A DNA stretch of 64,000 nt from an uncultured Candidatus Saccharibacteria bacterium (GTDB lineage Bacteria; Patescibacteriota; Minisyncoccia; Phycocordibacterales; UBA2100). Numbering within the stretch: position 1 is the first letter of the stretch; the number at the start of each line of letters is the position of its first letter. Made by a program: the position numbers and the translations under genes. Shown here one piece after another: positions 1 through 8,443 of the stretch. The stretch spans positions 65,971-129,970 of the forward strand of contig CAZJEQ010000001.1 in the NCBI GenBank assembly GCA_964545165.1, written 5' to 3'. The notes below the pieces were generated by a model that was given only the letters and a program-made list of their open reading frames with translations, did not search any database and was not told where the DNA came from.

Positions 1-459
1 TCCAAGGAGTCCGAATTCGCTGCCGCGAAGCGGCAAAAGAGTGAGAAGACTTACCCCGAGAGTGGTGCCAATGAGTGACGTCACGATAAGTGAACCACAT
101 GCCGCACATCCGACACCAAGTGCGCCAGTGACTATGCCCGACAATCCAATTGCGGCACCACCTCCGAAGACTGCTCTCGTGCGAATGAGATGAGTGATGA
201 GAGCGACGTTAATGCCCACAAGAACGGCAATCAGAATCGTATACGTCGCAGATAAGGGTGTGAAGTTGGTTGCGATAGACGGGATGAGACTCAGAGACAG
301 TGCAATTTTATCTGCAAGCGACACCGAGACGTCCGTCCATACCGAGAACAGTAAGGGTAGATTAGGGAGCCATACCGCAAGAACAAACACAATGATTGCG
401 ACCGGTAGCGCAATAGCTACCGAACCTGCAGTAGTGAGTGTTTTCAGCACGGCTCGCAT
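1..459 (-). CDS. partial (3' end off window) multi-pass membrane protein with CxxC (GCAAC) motif; candidate DsbB/VKOR-like partner of adjacent DsbA
   Basis: Manual translation of minus strand from ATG at 457-459: MRAVLKTLTTAGSVAIALPVAIIVFVLAV...GALGVGCAACGSLIVTSL..., open to window edge. Absent from ORF track because it runs off the edge. Lies 4 nt downstream of the DsbA-like gene. Confidence 0.35.
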   Translation of the reverse strand, partial: MRAVLKTLTTAGSVAIALPVAIIVFVLAVWLPNLPLLFSVWTDVSVSLADKIALSLSLIPSIATNFTPLSATYTILIAVLVGINVALITHLIRTRAVFGGGAAIGLSGIVTGALGVGCAACGSLIVTSLIGTTLGVSLLTLLPLRGSEFGLLG

Positions 460-463
460 ACGA

Positions 464-1246
464 CTAATTGTCTTTGAGGGCAACTTCAATAAGTTGTTTA
501 ACCGCCTCGTACGGCTGAGCACCCGAAAGCGGGTACTTCTTGCCACTTTTCGTCACGACAATACTCCATGGCGTGCCATTGCCACCGGTAGCAACTGCGT
601 TTTGGACGTCGTCCTCAATATGCTTGGTGAATTTTTCGCCCGCAAGACAGGTGTTGAATTTCGTCATATCGAGACCGACGTATTGTGCGATGTTGTGGAG
701 CTCCATAGGATCAAGGCCGTCATTTGATGGCGTTACTTCGTAGAGACGATCGGCATATATCCAGAACTTGTCGTTGCCTCCAAGATCACCTGCGCATTCG
801 ATAGCTGTCGCCTCATTGCGCGCTTTCTGATGGAGTTGGTCCAATGGGAAGTTGCGGTAGACCCATGCAACTTTTCCATCCTTACCGTACTCATCCATGA
901 CTTGCTTCATGGTGTCGTGGAATCGTTTGCAGAATGGACACTCCGGATCCGAGTATTCGACAATTTTAACCGGCGCGTCGGGATTACCACGAATGTGATC
1001 GTCCGCACTAATAGCTTTCATCTGTTCAAGATCACCTGTTTGTTGCGTTGCGGCTTGCGGTTGCTGCACGTTCGCTGTGCCGCCGGTGCTCGTGCCCAGG
1101 TAGACAGCTCCGGCAATGAGGGCACCTGCAATTACTATCGCAACAGGAGTCGATAGAGACAGCGCACTTTGTTTTGCTTCTGGTTCCATATTTTTTAATT
1201 GTTCAATGTTGAAGAAATAAACGAATAGCAAAAACCACCTTTCCAT
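464..1246 (-). CDS. DsbA-like thiol:disulfide oxidoreductase (thioredoxin fold, CPFC active site), N-terminal membrane anchor/signal; alternative start at 1189 (MEPEAKQ)
   Basis: ORF track 260 aa. CPFC motif with surrounding thioredoxin-fold pattern (YSDPECPFCKRFH). Confidence 0.7.
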   Translation of the reverse strand: MERWFLLFVYFFNIEQLKNMEPEAKQSALSLSTPVAIVIAGALIAGAVYLGTSTGGTANVQQPQAATQQTGDLEQMKAISADDHIRGNPDAPVKIVEYSDPECPFCKRFHDTMKQVMDEYGKDGKVAWVYRNFPLDQLHQKARNEATAIECAGDLGGNDKFWIYADRLYEVTPSNDGLDPMELHNIAQYVGLDMTKFNTCLAGEKFTKHIEDDVQNAVATGGNGTPWSIVVTKSGKKYPLSGAQPYEAVKQLIEVALKDN

Positions 1247-1271
1247 TGGATGAAGGCAACATAAAAACTGT

Positions 1272-1721
1272 TTAGAAAAGCTTCGGGTTTAGGATACCGC
1301 TCGAAAAAAGTTCCTGAAGCGGAGACGCCGGAGGTATATAATCCCTCCGTACAAAGAATCGAGAAGGTGTATACGTGCGATCAATCGGGGGACGCCGCAA
1401 ATGAGTACATAGAAACGCAAGAGCAAGTGCGGCTAAGAGCATCAAAATAAGCGTCGAACCTGTTTGCGATGGGATGCTTGTGAACATGCTCTGCCACGCG
1501 GCAATATGTTCAAGCGGATCCATATTGCACACTACCGCCTGTCCGGACATGAATGGGCAATTCGACGTGGTCATATTCCCGTCCCCACCCATAGGCATAC
1601 TTGAGTGGAAAAGACCAAAGAAACCGATCAAAAGAAAGGCGATGAGCCCGAGAACGAGCAGTATTTTACCGACTTTTGACAACGAAACGGTCATTACAAG
1701 TAGTATAGCTGATTTGGACAA
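1272..1721 (-). CDS. hypothetical small membrane protein (2 TM helices)
   Basis: ORF track 149 aa with two hydrophobic segments. Co-oriented directly upstream of the DsbA-like gene. Confidence 0.4.
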   Translation of the reverse strand: MSKSAILLVMTVSLSKVGKILLVLGLIAFLLIGFFGLFHSSMPMGGDGNMTTSNCPFMSGQAVVCNMDPLEHIAAWQSMFTSIPSQTGSTLILMLLAALALAFLCTHLRRPPIDRTYTPSRFFVRRDYIPPASPLQELFSSGILNPKLF

Positions 1722-1830
1722 AAGGAAAAACGCTCCCGAAGTTTGAGAGTTTTAAGAGGCTGGGTTACCAACTCCGAGGCCTTTCGGGCGCTCTGGACTC
1801 CTGCCGCCATTGCGTCATTCCTTGAGGTGT

Positions 1831-3153
1831 ATGGAAACAACAGCCACAAGGGCACCGGGCGGCATTAACAGGCAGGCCACCCCCGCGCCCGTAAAGATCA
1901 GATACTGCCTGTATGCGAGAAAGAGCACCGAGGAAGAGGACAAGCAGGCGCTCTCTATAGAGTCGCAAGTGAGGGAGATGACCGCGATCGCCACGCGCGA
2001 AAACCTCGAGATCGTCGAGGTAAAGCGTGAGTCGCACTCCTCCAAGGAGGTTGGCCAGCGGGCGGTGTATAACCAGCTGCTTGAGGATATCCGGCAGGAA
2101 AAATTCAACGGCATCCTCACGTGGGCACCGGACCGCTTGAGCCGCAATGCCGGGGACCTCGGTGCGGTAGTGGACCTACTCGACCAAAAGAAGCTGGTCG
2201 AGATACGCACATTCACGCAGACTTTTACCAACAACCCGAACGAGAAGTTCATGCTCATGATTCTCGGGAGCCAGGCGAAGCTCGAGAACGACCAGAAAAT
2301 TATCAACGTGAAGCGCGGCCTTCGAGCGCGGTGCGAGATGGGCCTGCGGCCATCGACCGCGCCGACTGGCTACCTCAGCGAGAAGCGGACAGATCGCAAA
2401 TGCGAAGTCGTCATCGATCCGAAATGTGCCGGGACCATACGGAAGATATTCGAGAAAATCGGCAACGATGGGTGGAGCGGGCGGCAAACGCACCGATGGC
2501 TCACGAAGAACGGCTTCAAGACCCGGACCGGCAAGCGACTCTCGCTCGGGAATCTCTACACCGTTATCCGCAACACCTTCTACTACGGAGAATTCGAGTA
2601 CCCGCGCGGGAGCGGCAACTGGTATCAGGGTAAGCACGAGCCGCTCATCACCAAGGAACTGTTCGACAAAGTGCAGGAGTCAATCCAGGACCAGTACATC
2701 CCCAAAACCGAAAGCAAGGAATTCGCATTCACAAGGCTGATTGCGTGCGGCGTGTGCGGGAGCGGCATCACCGCTGACGAGAAATTCAAGAAGCTTAAGG
2801 ATGGCGGTGTGAACCGCCATGTCTACTACCGCTGCACGCACGCGAAGGACACGGAGTGCAAGAATCCGCCCGTGAACGAAACTGATCTCATCGAAGAGCT
2901 GACTAAGCTACTCGACACCATCGACATCGACGAGATTGGCATGAAGGAAAAAATCCGCGATGAGATATCCCGCTATAACAAATTTCGCACCGGCGTCTTA
3001 GGTATGAAAACCAAAGAACGCAGTAGCGATGTAGACCTGCGCGACTACGCCAAGTATCTCCTCAAAGAGGGTACAATCGCCGAGAAGCGCGAGTTGCTAT
3101 CTTGCCTCAAGAGCAAGCTGGTGCTCAAAGCCCGACAGATCAGCTTAAGCTGA
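1831..3153 (+). CDS. large serine recombinase (resolvase-type catalytic domain + recombinase domain + Zn ribbon)
   Basis: YCLYARKSTEEEDKQALSIESQ catalytic-serine motif. Zn ribbon CGVCGSG...YYRCTH. ORF track opens at 1810 with TTG; first ATG at 1831. Confidence 0.85.
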   Translation: METTATRAPGGINRQATPAPVKIRYCLYARKSTEEEDKQALSIESQVREMTAIATRENLEIVEVKRESHSSKEVGQRAVYNQLLEDIRQEKFNGILTWAPDRLSRNAGDLGAVVDLLDQKKLVEIRTFTQTFTNNPNEKFMLMILGSQAKLENDQKIINVKRGLRARCEMGLRPSTAPTGYLSEKRTDRKCEVVIDPKCAGTIRKIFEKIGNDGWSGRQTHRWLTKNGFKTRTGKRLSLGNLYTVIRNTFYYGEFEYPRGSGNWYQGKHEPLITKELFDKVQESIQDQYIPKTESKEFAFTRLIACGVCGSGITADEKFKKLKDGGVNRHVYYRCTHAKDTECKNPPVNETDLIEELTKLLDTIDIDEIGMKEKIRDEISRYNKFRTGVLGMKTKERSSDVDLRDYAKYLLKEGTIAEKRELLSCLKSKLVLKARQISLS

Positions 3154-3376
3154 GAATACCGACAACGAGACTCGCAATCGCGAGAGGGACGCCGAGTATT
3201 GTCGCAACTGCGGCCCAGAACATAATCGGGTGTTCGGCTTTGAATGCACCGATGCGCGTCCGGATCATGCGCGTTCCCGAGCCTGCGATTCTTACACCTC
3301 CCGCAATGTGGCTATCGATAAAAGTATTGTCCTTTGCGTCCTTCGTTATTTCCAGTACTACCCGTTCTTTTTCCAT
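3140..3376 (-). CDS. hypothetical small tail-anchored membrane protein
   Basis: ORF track 78 aa with C-terminal hydrophobic helix (IMFWAAVATILGVPLAIASLVVGILSLS). Co-oriented with 3386-3997. Confidence 0.3.
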   Translation of the reverse strand: MEKERVVLEITKDAKDNTFIDSHIAGGVRIAGSGTRMIRTRIGAFKAEHPIMFWAAVATILGVPLAIASLVVGILSLS

Positions 3377-3385
3377 ACAGATATA

Positions 3386-3997
3386 TTACTCTGATTCAAG
3401 CTCCTGCATCGCCTCATACTCGTCTGCACGAATTTCGGTTCTCGCATCAGCGAACCAAATAAAAGTCTCTCCTGCCTCCTTTCCGGATTCATAGATGGGC
3501 TGAATATTTATCTCGATATACTCCTCAAGATATTTACCCCGCTTTAGATCCTCAGGGAAACGGAAAGCTTCTCCGCTAGGGTCGGCCATATGCAACCGCG
3601 AAATAAATTTATCTAGTTTCTTCAGAGCTTTCTTTTCGGTTGGCCCGCCATACTGGTCTAGCATAGTCTCAATTTCGGGGCGTGCCTGCTTCCATAGGGC
3701 TTCCAAATTATGATTTCCGCGAAGCGGAGTGGCGTTTGGTTTGTCATATATAAAATGCTTCAGCATCAGCTCTGTTCCTTGTCGATACAGATACACGACG
3801 GGATAGATGGCAACGTCTAAAACAAGTTCGCCGCTCGCGTCTCTCGTTTCAATAATGTGCTTGGCTAGAAAATTCCCTGCATCAAAATAGCCGCTGCCGT
3901 AAGCAGCGAAGTCGTTCGTACCACCGCGCCATACGTTTAAGAACGGGCTTGATCCTCGCCCGAACGGAAATTGCCTCTTTCTCTTCTTACGAACCAT
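3386..3997 (-). CDS. hypothetical protein, AT-rich relative to surroundings, basic N-terminus (MVRKKRKRQ)
   Basis: ORF track 203 aa. No recognisable motif. Local GC is visibly lower than flanks. Confidence 0.45.
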   Translation of the reverse strand: MVRKKRKRQFPFGRGSSPFLNVWRGGTNDFAAYGSGYFDAGNFLAKHIIETRDASGELVLDVAIYPVVYLYRQGTELMLKHFIYDKPNATPLRGNHNLEALWKQARPEIETMLDQYGGPTEKKALKKLDKFISRLHMADPSGEAFRFPEDLKRGKYLEEYIEINIQPIYESGKEAGETFIWFADARTEIRADEYEAMQELESE

Positions 3998-4072
3998 TAC
4001 TATCCACTATGCCTCAACAGGCGTCGACATTAAAGGCGACCCCGCTCGGTCACTTGAATTAGCACTAACCTG

Positions 4073-4144
4073 TGCCCTCGGTAGGAATCGAACCTACATC
4101 AAGACCTTAGAAGAGTCCTGCACTATCCATTGTGCTACAAGGGC
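4073..4144 (-). tRNA. tRNA-Arg (anticodon TCT)
   Basis: Reverse complement folds as a cloverleaf: acceptor GCCCTTG/CGAGGGC, D-arm GCAC-AATGGATA-GTGC, anticodon stem GGACT/GGTCT with loop CTTCTAA, T-arm GTAGG-TTCGATT-CCTAC. CCA not encoded. Confidence 0.8.
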
Positions 4145-4289
4145 ATCAGAGGAGGAAGGGCAGGTCAATCGTAGCCGTCACTGCCCGTACGGTCAAACGT
4201 GCTGTCGGCACACGACTTGCCAAGTGCGTATAATTGTTGTATTGATTTCTGACGATCCACTGCCGGATCGAGCAACGAAGGAGTCTGAG

Positions 4290-4481
4290 ATGTCCGAGAG
4301 CCATGATGAGATGACGCCCGAGAGCGTGAAGAAGCGTGTCGATATGCTCAAGCCCGTCATGGGCGACATCTGCGAGATGGCCGGGCTGGTCATCGCGAAG
4401 GGCATCGACCCGCGGAGCGCGTTCTCCATCGTCGGCGCCTTGGTGTCCGGCAACCTGGGCAACCGTCACGGCGGCCACTAG
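4290..4481 (+). CDS. hypothetical small protein (63 aa) with extreme GC3 codon usage
   Basis: In-frame ATG at 4290 preceded by GGAG Shine-Dalgarno. Followed by rho-independent terminator. Nearly every codon ends in G/C, unlike neighbours. Confidence 0.4.
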   Translation: MSESHDEMTPESVKKRVDMLKPVMGDICEMAGLVIAKGIDPRSAFSIVGALVSGNLGNRHGGH

Positions 4482-4509
4482 AGCCAGGGACACCCCCCAA
4501 CCAAAGAAA

Positions 4510-4538
4510 GGGCCGGACCACGTCCGGCCCTTTTTCTA
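4510..4538 (+). terminator. rho-independent terminator
   Basis: GGGCCGGACCACGTCCGGCCC followed by TTTTTCT. Confidence 0.6.
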
Positions 4539-4583
4539 TTGCCGTTTAAAGAACTCAGTGCTATAGTGCCGCGACTCAGATAT

Positions 4584-5021
4584 ATGGCAGTCACACATTC
4601 ACCGGTAAACATGGAGGAGCGCAAGACCCTGGATATTCGTCCGGGTGACACCGTGCGTGTCCATCAGAAGATCGAAGAAAAGGGCAAATCGCGCCTCCAG
4701 GCGTTTGAAGGCCTCGTTCTCGCGCGCAAGCATGGTACGGAGGCAGGTGGCACCTTTACGGTCCGCCGTGTCGCCTCGGGTGTCGGTGTCGAAAAGATCT
4801 TCCCGCTCTACTCGCCGATGATCGACCACATCGAAATCGTGAAGCGCGCACGTGTCCGCCGCGCGAAGCTCTACTTCATTCGCGAGAAGGTCTCGCGTGA
4901 AGCGCGCCGTCAGCTCCGCCGCTCCAAGATGATGATCAACGTCTCTGGTGTGACCAAAGTCGTCTCCGTCGAGGAAACTCCGGTAGAGGAGGTCGCAACC
5001 GAGGAAGCGAAGGCAGAGTAA
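4584..5021 (+). CDS. rplS: 50S ribosomal protein L19 (start uncertain: 4584 or 4611)
   Basis: RPGDTVRVHQKIEEKGKSRLQAFEGLVLARKHG...KLYFIREK matches bL19 along its length. Confidence 0.9.
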   Translation: MAVTHSPVNMEERKTLDIRPGDTVRVHQKIEEKGKSRLQAFEGLVLARKHGTEAGGTFTVRRVASGVGVEKIFPLYSPMIDHIEIVKRARVRRAKLYFIREKVSREARRQLRRSKMMINVSGVTKVVSVEETPVEEVATEEAKAE

Positions 5022-5040
5022 TTTCCAAGCAAACAAAAAA

Positions 5041-5079
5041 CACAAAGCGCCCCGAAAGGGGCGCTTTGTGTTTTTATTT
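5041..5079. terminator. bidirectional rho-independent terminator between rplS and convergent gene
   Basis: CACAAAGCGCCCCGAAAGGGGCGCTTTGTG followed by TTTTTATTT. Confidence 0.7.
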
Positions 5080-5646
5080 CCGTGCTGGCTTCGGATGTGA
5101 GATGTCTCTGAGTTTGTTGCGCGCATCGTTGAGGTGTGTGCGAATCTGCTCAGCCTCGGCGTTGAGACCAGTAGCGCGAATATTCGCGGCCTCTTTCGTG
5201 ATGAGGCCCCCGACGTGCGAGAGCACATTGGTTGCATGCGAGAGCGCTCGGACAGGGTGCGCGTCTACTGGATTATCATCATAAAAACTAAACAGCTCAC
5301 GAAATTCAGCGACCAGCGCTCCGGTCGTGGGTTCTCCCGCCTCACCCCGACGAGCTTTTTCAAAAAAATCCGCATACGCTTTCGAATTCCCGGTATTCAG
5401 CTTCCGCAAAAAGGGGATGATGGTCTCGGAGAACTTTTTCGACACGACATCGCGCACCGCGACGGTCTTCTCGTACTCCTCTTTGGTGAGTTGGAGTCGT
5501 TCCCATGCGGGTTTTTGATTCATCGTAGCCTGTTCTTGGGTGGTACGTGTCTGCGCCTCAGCGTCTGTGCTCTCCAATGCGGTCGCGGCGAGCGCGGCTG
5601 CACCCAATATAAGTCCGCGTCGATTCAAGTCCGGGCCTTCTTTCAT
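5074..5646 (-). CDS. hypothetical secreted protein with twin-arginine-like signal (MKEGPDLNRRGLILGAAALAATA)
   Basis: ORF track (263 aa) trimmed to internal Met so it does not overlap tRNA-Leu. TAAAAT box lies 7 nt before the ATG. Confidence 0.45.
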   Translation of the reverse strand: MKEGPDLNRRGLILGAAALAATALESTDAEAQTRTTQEQATMNQKPAWERLQLTKEEYEKTVAVRDVVSKKFSETIIPFLRKLNTGNSKAYADFFEKARRGEAGEPTTGALVAEFRELFSFYDDNPVDAHPVRALSHATNVLSHVGGLITKEAANIRATGLNAEAEQIRTHLNDARNKLRDISHPKPARK

Positions 5647-5876
5647 TCGGAGAATTTTACCATCAACAAGAACGCAAAAATCCGGTTGTATACCGGATTT
5701 TGCATTGGTGCGCAGGGCTCGGCCACGCGCTCGAAATTTTGCCGTCGCAAAATTTCTCCGCTCGGCCCTGCTTGGACATCCCCATCTTCTGATGGGGCCC
5801 CAGTCCGCGCTTTCGAGTCCTCTCCTGCGCCACAAAGACGAATGACCAGGACATGTCCTGGTCATTCGCTATTCTG

Positions 5877-5960
5877 TGCGCAGGAGAGGACTCGAACCTC
5901 CACGCCCTTGCGAGCACTACCACCTCAAGGTAGCTTGTCTACCAATTTCAACACCTGCGC
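5877..5960 (-). tRNA. tRNA-Leu (anticodon GAG), class II with long variable arm
   Basis: Reverse complement: acceptor GCGCAGG/CCTGCGC, 3-bp D-stem, anticodon stem CTACC/GGTAG with loop TTGAGGT, 15-nt variable arm, T-arm GGAGG-TTCGAGT-CCTCT, discriminator A. Confidence 0.8.
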
Positions 5961-6024
5961 GACAGCAGCATCCTAGCAAAGAATCTGCAATTCGCGAATA
6001 GCCACGCTTTGCTATCATTGGGGC

Positions 6025-6582
6025 ATGGCGTTCTACACGGGCAAAGGGGATGACGGGACGTCCAAGCTTTTCGATTCGGGCAAAGGTATCCGACTCACGA
6101 AATCATCGCCCATTTTTGAGTGTCTCGGGCAGCTCGATGAGCTGAATACGCTTGTCGGGTGGTGCAAAGCCGCGAGTGGAGAGCTCTCGGCCTATGATCG
6201 CTCGCTCAAGCTCATCTTGCATGATGTGCAGGACCACCTCTTTACGATCCAGGCAGAGGTCGCGGGTGCACAGAAGTCGGTGCCACTCTCCAATGTTGAG
6301 CATTTGGGAGAGTTCATCAAAGATATTGAATCAGTCTTGCCGCCGGTGACCTCCTTCCTCGTTCCGGGCGGGACCGAGCTCTCGGCACGCCTCGATATTG
6401 CGCGCGCTGTCTCGCGTCGTGCTGAGCGGCGATTGGTCATGGTGCACGAGAGCGGTGAGCGAGAGATTTCCGCATCATCGCGCGCGTATGCCAACAGGCT
6501 CTCCTCGCTTTTCTATGCGCTCACGCGACTCGTCAATCACTCTGCGGGTGTGGATGAAAATCCGCCTGTCTATAAAGCATGA
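6025..6582 (+). CDS. ATP:cob(I)alamin adenosyltransferase, PduO/MMAB type
   Basis: N-terminal YTGKGDDGTSKLF and ECLGQLDELNTLVGW match the PduO-family signature. TATCAT box 6 nt before the ATG. Confidence 0.7.
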   Translation: MAFYTGKGDDGTSKLFDSGKGIRLTKSSPIFECLGQLDELNTLVGWCKAASGELSAYDRSLKLILHDVQDHLFTIQAEVAGAQKSVPLSNVEHLGEFIKDIESVLPPVTSFLVPGGTELSARLDIARAVSRRAERRLVMVHESGEREISASSRAYANRLSSLFYALTRLVNHSAGVDENPPVYKA

Positions 6583-7676
6583 TCAGAAGATATTTACCCA
6601 AGTCGACCGAGCAGCTCATTCATTGGTATGAGCGGTATATTTCGCCGCTCGCACTCTTGGTCGGGTTTCTTCTCGATAATTTCGTCTTTCTCGACCGTAT
6701 TGATTCGCCGCAGAGCTACGCGCTCATAAGCAGCTACCTCACGATTGCGGCGATCGCGATTGCGCTCCTCAATGTCATCGAGGAGGGGAGACTCTCGCAC
6801 CCGCTCGTCCTCAAAGTCGCACCATTTATACCTGTCGTGATGCAGTTTGCCTTCGGAGGCCTCTTCAGCGCCTTTCTCGCACTCTACGCACGAAGTGCCT
6901 CGGTCTTGGTGAGCTGGATCTTCGTGGTCGTCGTAGCAACACTCCTGCTCTCAAATGAGCGCTTCCGAAGTCGCTACACTAAGCTGCCGTTTCAGGTCGG
7001 CATTTATTTCATCGCGCTCTTCTCGTTTCTCATTTTCCTTTTGCCGATACTTTTCCACCGCATCGGGTCGCTGGTATTTTTCCTCAGCGGTGCGGTAAGC
7101 GTGGCTCTCATTACCGCGCTGCTCTTCGGGCTCAAGCGATTGATTCCTGAGACCTTTCAGCGAGAGCGCACGAGCGTCGCACGCACGGTGGCGATTATCT
7201 TCGTGCTCTTCAACGTGCTCTATTTCTCCAATGCCATTCCGCCGCTGCCGCTTGCCCTCAAGGATGCCGGCATCTATCACGCGGTCAATCGGCAGGGAGA
7301 TACGTATGCGATACGCGCGGAAAAACAAGCGTGGTACCGCGAATATTTGCCGATACGAGAGCGCATTCACCTGGTGTCGGGCGCAGGGCTCTATGCGTAC
7401 ACGGCAGTGTTCGCGCCGACCGGACTCTCGACGCGACTTCTTCACGAGTGGCAGTACTACACGCCAGGTGAAGGTTGGACGACGCGCTCGACCGTCGGCT
7501 TCCAAATTGCCGGCGGGCAAGATCGTGGCTTTCGCGGCTACTCGGTAAAAATCGCACCCGAAGCGGGCAGGTGGCGCGTCAACGTGCTGACGCCCTCACG
7601 ACAAATTATCGGTCGGCTCAATTTTGAGGTGATCTACGTGTCTGACCCGGTTGAGACGACGGTGCTTACGCGCTAG
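6579..7676 (+). CDS. hypothetical polytopic membrane protein with C-terminal soluble domain
   Basis: ORF track 365 aa with many hydrophobic helices in the first 250 aa. ATGA overlap with the upstream gene. Confidence 0.5.
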   Translation: MIRRYLPKSTEQLIHWYERYISPLALLVGFLLDNFVFLDRIDSPQSYALISSYLTIAAIAIALLNVIEEGRLSHPLVLKVAPFIPVVMQFAFGGLFSAFLALYARSASVLVSWIFVVVVATLLLSNERFRSRYTKLPFQVGIYFIALFSFLIFLLPILFHRIGSLVFFLSGAVSVALITALLFGLKRLIPETFQRERTSVARTVAIIFVLFNVLYFSNAIPPLPLALKDAGIYHAVNRQGDTYAIRAEKQAWYREYLPIRERIHLVSGAGLYAYTAVFAPTGLSTRLLHEWQYYTPGEGWTTRSTVGFQIAGGQDRGFRGYSVKIAPEAGRWRVNVLTPSRQIIGRLNFEVIYVSDPVETTVLTR

Positions 7677-7743
7677 CGTGAGCGGTCACAGGAGCCACTG
7701 AAACGGCAGCGAGCCGGATGCGTATGCATCCGGCTCGGCCCCT

Positions 7744-7818
7744 TGGGCGATCGTCGGGAATCGAACCCGAATCGAGAGCTCCACAAACTCTAGTGTTAAC
7801 CGTTACACCACGATCGCC
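7744..7818 (-). tRNA. tRNA-His (anticodon GTG) with genomically encoded G-1
   Basis: Reverse complement: extra 5' G before acceptor GCGATCG/CGATCGC, D-arm GTGT-AACGGTTA-ACAC, anticodon stem AGAGT/GCTCT with loop TTGTGGA, T-arm TCGGG-TTCGATT-CCCGA, discriminator C. Confidence 0.85.
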
Positions 7819-7872
7819 ATCAAACGCGCTAGTTATAGCATCAAACAACTCGGTCGACCAATAAACGTGATG

Positions 7873-8334
7873 CTATTGCAGCGATCCCCAAAAGAGGAGC
7901 GCTGAGAACGCGAGTCCCACGTAGTAATCGCGTGGCGCGATAATCCACCAGTTGTCTTTGTGCCAGGAAATTTTATCTTTTTTGAATTTCCGGATCCCGT
8001 ATGCCGGATTGACGATAAACCAGAGGAAGTCTTCGCAGACCGCGATAAACAAGAAGAGCGCAAAGATCTGCATTTCCATCGCATAGGAGAAAGGCACAAA
8101 GAGGTAGACGGCATGGAGCATCGAGAGAATCGATGTCTCAAACCATACGTGGTACCCCGTGATCGGACGAGCGCCGAGCATGAGGCGCAGCACGATGCTT
8201 TTCGGTGCGAATCGCCAGGTCGGGAGTTTTGCCGCCCAACCATTGGGCCCTTCGATCGCGACTTCAAGTTTGGCGAGACAAAAAGCGATCCATAGTCCTA
8301 CTGCGTACAGCACCCACGCATCGGTTACGAGCAT
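7873..8334 (-). CDS. hypothetical polytopic membrane protein
   Basis: ORF track (TTG at 8355) trimmed to first ATG at 8334. Hydrophobic throughout. Repeat module copy A lies immediately upstream, with TATACT 7 nt before the ATG. Confidence 0.45.
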   Translation of the reverse strand: MLVTDAWVLYAVGLWIAFCLAKLEVAIEGPNGWAAKLPTWRFAPKSIVLRLMLGARPITGYHVWFETSILSMLHAVYLFVPFSYAMEMQIFALFLFIAVCEDFLWFIVNPAYGIRKFKKDKISWHKDNWWIIAPRDYYVGLAFSALLFWGSLQ

Positions 8335-8340
8335 GTCACA

Positions 8341-8424
8341 CAGTATAACCTTCAAATTCTCAGCAGAGAATTTGAAGAGTTACACCCGGACGCATTCCTG
8401 CAGGAATGCGACGTTGGGTGTCAC
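8341..8424 (-). promoter_or_regulatory. copy A of ~82-bp double-palindrome promoter-proximal module (sense to gene 7873-8334)
   Basis: In gene sense: GTTACACCC...palindrome centred on CTGCAG, then perfect 12-bp IR CTTCAAATTCTC-AGCT/A-GAGAATTTGAAG, then GTTATACTG, 6-7 nt, ATG. 50 of 51 outer positions are identical to copy B at 63075-63156. Confidence 0.6.
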
Positions 8425-8443
8425 CTCTCACTGAGCCAGTGCG

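Larger units (their letters stand above)
1831..4550. mobile_element. putative integrated element: serine recombinase + AT-rich and GC3-extreme cargo genes abutting tRNA-Arg; boundaries not defined
   Basis: Recombinase gene followed by compositionally atypical genes (3386-3997 AT-rich; 4290-4481 GC3 ~90%) and a tRNA. No direct att repeats identified. Confidence 0.3.

Noticed and set aside
194-727. 177-aa plus-strand ORF
   Set aside because: Antisense to the DsbA-like gene and the terminal membrane-protein gene. No independent signals.
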